Shown: piece after piece, positions 16,702-22,600 of the stretch
Layout of the letters: each line of letters begins with the position of its first letter
Position numbering within the stretch: position 1 is the stretch's first letter
Origin: Archangiaceae bacterium
Lineage (GTDB): Bacteria > Myxococcota > Myxococcia > Myxococcales > Myxococcaceae
Assembly (NCBI GenBank): GCA_043750125.1
Contig: JAYVCD010000460.1
Coordinates: 1-22,600, forward strand
Length of the DNA: 22,600 bases
Reading direction: 5' to 3'
The notes under the pieces: generated by a model
Databases searched by the model: none
Told to the model about the DNA's origin: nothing
What the model saw: only the letters and a program-made list of their open reading frames with translations
Translations under genes and position numbers: made by a program

Positions 16702-17964
16702 TCAAGCCAGGCCGGCTTTCACCTGCCCGATGAGAAACAGCGAACCTGCGACGAGCACCACATCTTCGGGCCCTGCCGCAGCTCGGGCCGCCTTGAGCGC
16801 CTGGCTTGCAGAACCGAACGCTTCGACCCTGGGGCAAAAGGTCCGCGCTTCGGCGATGAAGTCTGACGGCTCGAGGGTGCGCAGGCTGCCCACCGGGGTC
16901 AGGTAGGCGGCCGCACATTTCGGAAACAGCGTGTGCAGCATCGGCAGGTGGTCCTTGTCGGCAAGGACCCCGAAGACGAGGTGAATTTTTTTCCGGGGGT
17001 AGAGCGCGTCGAGCGCCTGGGCGAGCGCGGCCATTCCTCCCGGGTTGTGGGCGGCGTCGAGGACCAACAGGGGCGAACCGGCGACCTCTTCCAGCCGTCC
17101 CGGCCAGCGGGTCGACGACAGCCCCAGCCGCGCGTTGTCTTTTGAAATCTTGATCCCCCGATCTTCGAGCAGCTCGAGACACGCCAGCGCCACCGCGGCG
17201 TTCTGCACCTGGTGCGCCCCCCGCAGGCCGGGCACCAACCCCGAGACCGAGGTTCGCATCCCCCGGTAGATGAAGCTCTTCCCCCCGGCTTCGGGCTCGA
17301 ACTTGAAGTCCCGACCCTCGAGTCGCATCGGAGAGCCCAATTTCCGGGCGTGTTTCTCGATGACCTCGATGACTTCCGGGCTTTGGCGACTGACCACCAC
17401 CGGAACATTGGGCTTCAAGATGCCCGCTTTCTCAAAAGCGATCTTGCGCGTCGTCTTCCCGAGGTACTGCATGTGATCGAGCGAGATGGACGTGATGGCC
17501 GTCACCGAAGGGCGCGCACAGGTCACCGCGTCCAGCCTTCCGCCCAGCCCGGTCTCGAGCACCGCTACGTCGATCTTTTCCTGGGCGAAGTGCCACAGCG
17601 CCACCACGGTCCCGAACTCGAAGAAGGTCAGTTGGTGGTCGGGTCCCACTGCGGCCAGCACTTCATTCACCCGCTGGCCGAGCAGCTCATCGGTGATCTG
17701 CTCGCCTGCGACCTGGAATCGTTCGTTGATTCGCACCAGGTGCGGAGAGGTGTACAGCCCGACTCGGTAGCCCTGCTGCCCCAGGCAGGACGCCGCGAAG
17801 GCGCACGTGCTCCCCTTCCCGTTCGTTCCGGCGACATGAATCGCCGGGTATTGGGTCTGAGGATTCTTCAACACCGCCAGGGCCGCCTGCACCCGGTCGA
17901 GGCCCAGCCGAATGACCGACGGCGAGAGCTGCGCCAGCCAGGTGACGGCTTCGGCGTTGGTCAC
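16702..17964 (-). CDS. folC: Bifunctional folylpolyglutamate synthase/dihydrofolate synthase
   Basis: [50 protein letters not shown]; overlaps the accD stop by 4 nt. Confidence 0.97.
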   Translation of the reverse strand: MTNAEAVTWLAQLSPSVIRLGLDRVQAALAVLKNPQTQYPAIHVAGTNGKGSTCAFAASCLGQQGYRVGLYTSPHLVRINERFQVAGEQITDELLGQRVNEVLAAVGPDHQLTFFEFGTVVALWHFAQEKIDVAVLETGLGGRLDAVTCARPSVTAITSISLDHMQYLGKTTRKIAFEKAGILKPNVPVVVSRQSPEVIEVIEKHARKLGSPMRLEGRDFKFEPEAGGKSFIYRGMRTSVSGLVPGLRGAHQVQNAAVALACLELLEDRGIKISKDNARLGLSSTRWPGRLEEVAGSPLLVLDAAHNPGGMAALAQALDALYPRKKIHLVFGVLADKDHLPMLHTLFPKCAAAYLTPVGSLRTLEPSDFIAEARTFCPRVEAFGSASQALKAARAAAGPEDVVLVAGSLFLIGQVKAGLA

Positions 17965-18821
17965 GACATCAACGAGATGAGCTGCGACAGCCGACCGCGC
18001 AGATCCTTTCGGGCCACGATCGCGTCAATCATTCCGTGATCGATCAGGAACTCAGAACGCTGAAATCCTTCGGGTAACTTCTGACGAATGGTTTGCTCGA
18101 TCACTCGAGGTCCGGCGAACCCAATCAACGCCTTGGGCTCTGCGAGGATTACGTCTCCAAGCCACGCGAACGAAGCGGCCACGCCGCCGGTAGTGGGGTG
18201 GAGCATCACTGAGATGTAGGGCTTCCTCACCGCGCGGAAACGGGCGATCGCCGCCGACGTCTTTGCCATCTGCATCAGCGAGAAGATCCCTTCCTGCATG
18301 CGAGCGCCGCCGGAAGATGAAAAGACGATCGCCGGGCACTTCAGGTCGTAGGCGCGCTCGAAGACGCGGGTGACCTTCTCGCCGACGACACTGCCCATCG
18401 AGCCGCCCATGAACTCGAACACGAAACAGCCGACTGAGACCTGGACGCTGTCGATCTTTCCCAGGCCACCGATGAAGGCGTCGTTTTCCCCGAGGTTTTT
18501 CCGGGTCACCCGAAGGCGATCTTTGTATTTTTTCGAGTCCGAAAACCCCAGCGGGTCGAGCGGCTCGAGGCCCTGGTCGTGCTCGGTGAACAGCCCTCCG
18601 TCGAGCAGCGAAGTCAGCCGCGCGCGGGCCGGCATGATCATGTGGAACGAGCAGGCGGGGCAGACGTGCAGATTCTTTTCCAGATCGGCGCGGTAGAGAA
18701 TCTCGCCACACGAATCGCACTTCACCCACAGCCCTTCCATGCGGGAAGGAACCGCCTTCAGCTCGTCGTCTTGCGGCTCGACCGGGGCGATGCGCGGCTT
18801 CTTGCTGAACCAGGCGGACAT
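17961..18821 (-). CDS. accD: Acetyl-CoA carboxylase carboxyltransferase beta subunit
   Basis: LWVKCDSC...CPAC Zn finger, [41 protein letters not shown]. Confidence 0.98.
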   Translation of the reverse strand: MSAWFSKKPRIAPVEPQDDELKAVPSRMEGLWVKCDSCGEILYRADLEKNLHVCPACSFHMIMPARARLTSLLDGGLFTEHDQGLEPLDPLGFSDSKKYKDRLRVTRKNLGENDAFIGGLGKIDSVQVSVGCFVFEFMGGSMGSVVGEKVTRVFERAYDLKCPAIVFSSSGGARMQEGIFSLMQMAKTSAAIARFRAVRKPYISVMLHPTTGGVAASFAWLGDVILAEPKALIGFAGPRVIEQTIRQKLPEGFQRSEFLIDHGMIDAIVARKDLRGRLSQLISLMS

Positions 18822-18878
18822 TCTTCAGGCGCTCGTACCGTGCTCGGACGGCTCGGGCAAGCGCTTCGAATTCGACGC

Positions 18879-19089
18879 GGCTGTTGAAAACGGGCTCGGC
18901 TCGACCCGCACCGCGACTCCTCTGGGCCCCGGCTGGCGCAATTCCGGGCCGGACCCACTTTGGCGTCGAGGTGAACGACGCCTCGATCTCCACATGTGGG
19001 GCTGAAAAATGAGACACCCCAGAGAAGCCCCGGCTGGGGTGAATCGGCTTTGCTCTGAGCGCGTCAGCGACCTATGGCAATTTCAACGG
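18879..19089. mobile_element. Possible degenerate MITE or IS-end remnant
   Basis: Bounded by GGCTGTTGAAAA and TTTCAACGG (inverted GTTGAAA core), with several internal hairpins and no credible ORF. Confidence 0.3.
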
Positions 19090-19100
19090 AGGGAGTTCCA

Positions 19101-19457
19101 ATGCGATGGATCCTGATTGTGATGTGTGTGGGCGTGGCGGCGTGGGGAGCGGGCAAAGCGCCCAAAGCCGCTGAGCAGAAGTGCACGAGCGCTGCCGACT
19201 GCAAGGGCATGCTGCCCAAGCACTGCCAGGTTTGCGGTGACGCCGGATCTCAATGTGCTCATTTCGTATGCGAAATGAACGCATGTCAGATCGTCACCTG
19301 CGAGGCCCCGCGAGAAGTCATGGGTGCCTCGTGCAAGAGCGCCAACGACTGCATCGGAATTCTTCCGAAGGTCTGCAAGACCTGCACGGACGGGGGCACC
19401 GAGTGCATGCACCTGGTGTGCGAAACCGGTCAGTGCAAACAGGCTCTCTGCAAATAA
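19101..19457 (+). CDS. Small secreted protein with two tandem 40-aa 8-Cys repeats
   Basis: Strong SD GGAGGGAG; signal peptide MRWILIVMCVGVAAWG; repeats CTSAADC...IVTC and CKSANDC...QALC. Confidence 0.85.
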   Translation: MRWILIVMCVGVAAWGAGKAPKAAEQKCTSAADCKGMLPKHCQVCGDAGSQCAHFVCEMNACQIVTCEAPREVMGASCKSANDCIGILPKVCKTCTDGGTECMHLVCETGQCKQALCK

Positions 19458-19483
19458 GTCTGGCTCGTCCAAACTCAGGAAAT

Positions 19484-19523
19484 GCCCGACAGCTCAGCCC
19501 CTCATCTGGCTGATCTGTCGGGC
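19484..19523. terminator. Hairpin, probable bidirectional terminator between convergent genes
   Basis: GCCCGACAG-c-TCAGCC-N8-GGCTGA-t-CTGTCGGGC. Confidence 0.65.
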
Positions 19524-19556
19524 TTGGCACTTCGCTGATGATCGTGGGCTGGCCCG

Positions 19557-20942
19557 TCAGGCTGATCCCGCCAGCGCTTCGATTGCAGCGCGGCTCTTCG
19601 GAATCTGGGCCGTGAGCACTTCGACTCCGGCCGCCGTGCACAGCACGTCATCCTCAATTCGAATCCCTCCGAACCCGCGACCGTTGTTGAGGGTGAGAAA
19701 CTTCTCGGCGCGATCAAAGTCGACTTGCCCTTTGAATTGGGCGTGGAACGTCGGCGATCGCAAGATCGCCGGCACGAAGTAGATCCCCGGCTCGATGGTG
19801 CAGGTCATTCCTTCGGCGAGATCCATGTCCATTCGCAGGTATTGGGTGCCGAACTGCGGGCTGCGGGTGCGCCCTTTCGGGTAGTGGATCCGATCACCAA
19901 ACGCCTCGAGGTCGTGGACGTCGAGGCCGATTTGGTGGCCCACGCCATGGGGAAAGAACAGCGCGTGGGCCCCGGCCTCGACCAGCGCATCGACCGAACC
20001 CTTCATCAGCCCCATCGCGACCAACCCTTCGGCGATCACCCTCGCAGATTCGAGGTGAATGTCGCGGTAGCGCACTCCCGGCTTTACCTTCGCAATCGAG
20101 GCTTCCTGCGCTTTCAAGACGACTTCGTAGACCGCGCGACCTTCAGCAGAAAAGGCCCCCCCGACCGGCCAGCAGCGGGTGACATCTGAGCAGTAGCCGG
20201 CGGCGTTCTCGGCTCCGGCGTCGAGCAACACGATGTCGCCTGCCTGCAGCGTATTGGCGTGAGCGTGGTTGTGAAGCACTTCCCCCCGCACCGAAAGAAT
20301 CGTCCCGTAAGCGGGGACACACCCATGGCGCGCGAAGGTCCCGTCGACGATTCCGGCCAGCAGCTCTTCTTTGACCCCGGGCGCCGAAGCACGCATCGCC
20401 GACTCGTGCGCTTCTTTCGTCACCCCCGCGGTCTGCCGCATCTGGGCGATTTCTTCAGGCCCCTTGATCAACCGCAGCGCGGCAATCGCGTCGAGCACCG
20501 CGGGCCGGGTGGCCACCTGGTTCGGATCATCGAAATCCAAAGGGGTGTTGGTGAGCAGCCGCGTGCGCGCGTTGGTGCGTCGATCGGCGACCGCCACCGA
20601 ATCGATCGCCCGGCCCTCGAGGTGCTGCTCGAGCTCTTCGATCGGCAGTACGGCCGCGACACCGTGCCGAACCTTTTCGGCCTCGAAAGAAGGCAACTCG
20701 CCGTGCCAGAGCGCATCGTCGATGGTGCGCGCCGGCAGGAAGAGCGTCACCTTTCCCGCGACAGGGTCGAGCAGCGCGGCGCTGTTCGGCTCAGGAGAAT
20801 CAAACAGAAAAAGGAACGTGCTGTCGGCCCGGAAGGGGTGGCTATTGGCGGGGTAATTGCGCGCGATGAACCCGCCCGAGAAGAGCAGCAAGGGACGGTC
20901 GAGCGACTTCATCAGGGCGGTACGGCGGTCGACGAAGGTCAT
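19557..20942 (-). CDS. pepP: Xaa-Pro aminopeptidase (M24B)
   Basis: From ATG 20942: FRADSTFLFL, VLHNH, LLDAGAE, SDVTR, HGVGHQIGLDVHD, TIEPGIY, GIRIEDD. Confidence 0.95.
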   Translation of the reverse strand: MTFVDRRTALMKSLDRPLLLFSGGFIARNYPANSHPFRADSTFLFLFDSPEPNSAALLDPVAGKVTLFLPARTIDDALWHGELPSFEAEKVRHGVAAVLPIEELEQHLEGRAIDSVAVADRRTNARTRLLTNTPLDFDDPNQVATRPAVLDAIAALRLIKGPEEIAQMRQTAGVTKEAHESAMRASAPGVKEELLAGIVDGTFARHGCVPAYGTILSVRGEVLHNHAHANTLQAGDIVLLDAGAENAAGYCSDVTRCWPVGGAFSAEGRAVYEVVLKAQEASIAKVKPGVRYRDIHLESARVIAEGLVAMGLMKGSVDALVEAGAHALFFPHGVGHQIGLDVHDLEAFGDRIHYPKGRTRSPQFGTQYLRMDMDLAEGMTCTIEPGIYFVPAILRSPTFHAQFKGQVDFDRAEKFLTLNNGRGFGGIRIEDDVLCTAAGVEVLTAQIPKSRAAIEALAGSA

Positions 20943-21063
20943 GGCGCTCGGACCATAACGCTCAGCCCGACGAGATCGCGCAGATCCGGTCGCGCGCAAT
21001 CGATGCGCCCTCTTTCACAAAACGTTGAACCGTTCGGGGCCCGTGGCGGCAGGATGCGCCGAA

Positions 21064-22600
21064 ATGAAAGTCCTCGTCGTCAACACCGGAAGCACGTCGA
21101 TCAAGTACCAGCTGTACGAGATGGACACCGAAGAAATCCTCGCCGGAGGAGTCGTCGAGCGCGTCGGCGCTGCCCGTTCGATGCACAAGTGGCAAATCGG
21201 CCCCACCCAGTCGCAAGCCGAGTTGTCCGCCCCCACCCACCGCGAAGGACTGGACGTAGTCCTCAAGCAGCTGACCGCGCCCGGAGGCCCGATCAGAAAT
21301 CTGGCCGAGCTGCGCGCGGTGGGTCACCGGGTGGTTCATGGCGGTGAAAAACGGGTGCAGCCCTGCGTCATCACCCCCGAGGTCAAAGAGGTCATCAAGA
21401 CCTGCGCGCAGTTTGCGCCCATTCACAATCCAGCCAACCTCGCGGGGATCGAAGCGGCCCAGGCGGTGTTGCCCGATGCGACTCACGTCGCGGTCTTCGA
21501 CACCGCCTTCCACGGCGAGCTGCCTGCGCACGCCTTCGTCTACGCGGTGCCCTACGAGCTGTACCTCGAGCGCGGGGTGCGGCGTTACGGCTTCCACGGA
21601 CCCAGCCACCAGTTCATGGCCCAGAGCGCCTCGGAATTTCTGAAGACCGACCTGTCACGGCTGAAGCTCGTCACCTGTCACCTCGGGGGGGGCGCCTCGG
21701 TGTGCGCGATTGACGCGGGGAAGTCGGTGGACACCTCAATGGGGATGACGCCGCTCGAAGGCTTGATGATGGGAACCCGTTCGGGCGACGTGGACCCGGC
21801 GCTGGCGATCGTCCTCAGCCGCCAGGGAATGGACTTCGATGCGATCGACGAGACGTTGAACCGCAAGTCCGGGCTGCTGGGAGTCTCAGGCGTCTCGGCC
21901 GACTTTCGCGACATCGAGAAGGCCGCCGAAGGAGGCAACGCGCGCGCTCGACTGGCGATCGAGATCTTCGTCCACCGACTGAAAAAATACATCGGGGCGT
22001 ACGCCGCGATTCTGGGAGGCGCGGACGCGATCGTCTTCACCGGAGGCATCGGCGAGAACGCCGTCAAGGTGCGCGCGGCGGTCTGCGATGCGCTGGTCTA
22101 CATGGGCGTCGTGCTCGACTCGGAGAAGAACACGAACTGCAACGCGCGCGGCTCGGGCGGCGTGGTCGACATCGCGGGCGCGCGGGCACCGACCCGGGTG
22201 CTGGTGGTCGCCACCGACGAAGAGAAGATGATCGCCCGTGAAGTCGCGCGGGTCACCGCCGGCCCCACCGCGGCGAGGAAGCGCGTCGGCGGCCACGCGA
22301 TTCCGGTCGGCGTGAGCGTTCGGCACATTCACCTCACCCGCGCCCACTGCGACGCGTTGTTCGGTATTGGCTACGAATTGACCGAGCGCCGCCCGGTGTC
22401 GCAGCCAGGCCAGTACGTGTGCCGCGAGACGGTCGATCTGATCGGGCCCAAGGCTGAGCTGCACCGGGTGGCGATCATCAACCCGCTGCGCACACAGACG
22501 CAGATCGAGTTGGCCCGCACCGACGCGATCACGCTCGGAGTGAATCCTCCGCTGCGCGAATCGGGCAAGCTCGACGGCACTCCGGGGCTCACGCTGCGCG
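21064..22600 (+). CDS. ackA: Acetate/propionate kinase fused to a PduL-type phosphotransacylase (3'-partial)
   Basis: Hand translation gives 512 codons with no stop. AckA motifs VLVVNTGSTSIKY, GHRVVHGG, APIHNP, FDTAFH, GFHG, TSMGMTPLEG, FTGGIGEN, TDEE; then PduL motifs IPVGVSVRHIHL, LFGIGYEL, SQPGQY, TQIELARTDA. Not in the ORF track. Confidence 0.95.
   Translation, partial: MKVLVVNTGSTSIKYQLYEMDTEEILAGGVVERVGAARSMHKWQIGPTQSQAELSAPTHREGLDVVLKQLTAPGGPIRNLAELRAVGHRVVHGGEKRVQPCVITPEVKEVIKTCAQFAPIHNPANLAGIEAAQAVLPDATHVAVFDTAFHGELPAHAFVYAVPYELYLERGVRRYGFHGPSHQFMAQSASEFLKTDLSRLKLVTCHLGGGASVCAIDAGKSVDTSMGMTPLEGLMMGTRSGDVDPALAIVLSRQGMDFDAIDETLNRKSGLLGVSGVSADFRDIEKAAEGGNARARLAIEIFVHRLKKYIGAYAAILGGADAIVFTGGIGENAVKVRAAVCDALVYMGVVLDSEKNTNCNARGSGGVVDIAGARAPTRVLVVATDEEKMIAREVARVTAGPTAARKRVGGHAIPVGVSVRHIHLTRAHCDALFGIGYELTERRPVSQPGQYVCRETVDLIGPKAELHRVAIINPLRTQTQIELARTDAITLGVNPPLRESGKLDGTPGLTLR

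Noticed and set aside
21685..21692. G8 run as a phase-variation switch
   Set aside because: It is in frame, explained by Gly-Gly-Gly codons, and short; it cannot be supported without read-level length variation.
1..22600. CRISPR array, rRNA, integrase or transposase, or known anti-phage genes
   Set aside because: I found no regularly spaced repeats or diagnostic protein motifs by eye.

Overview
GC-rich bacterial chromosomal DNA. Gene content (Cys-rich/FG-GAP lipoproteins, FHA+PP2C, PilZ, sigma-54 site) suggests Myxococcota; this is an inference. Left: a minus-strand yacG-hypothetical-FHA-PP2C (partial) operon, a divergent FG-GAP lipoprotein and tRNA-Thr(CGT). Middle (about 3.3-11.9 kb) looks accessory: selO, a disrupted ferritin-like/DES1-type sphingolipid desaturase unit, a VWA lipoprotein, a doubly frameshifted Cys-rich HExxH lipoprotein with a coupled membrane-anchored partner, chrA, a sigma-54-driven four-helix-bundle protein and a frameshifted Zn-ribbon gene. 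Right: mostly housekeeping genes (glutamate dehydrogenase with an insertion, PilZ, a secreted protein, accD-folC-grpE-degP, pepP), a small protein with two 8-Cys repeats behind a structured MITE-like spacer, and an acetate kinase fused in frame to a PduL phosphotransacylase that runs off the window and is missing from the ORF track. All family calls come from motif recognition by eye; no database searches were run.
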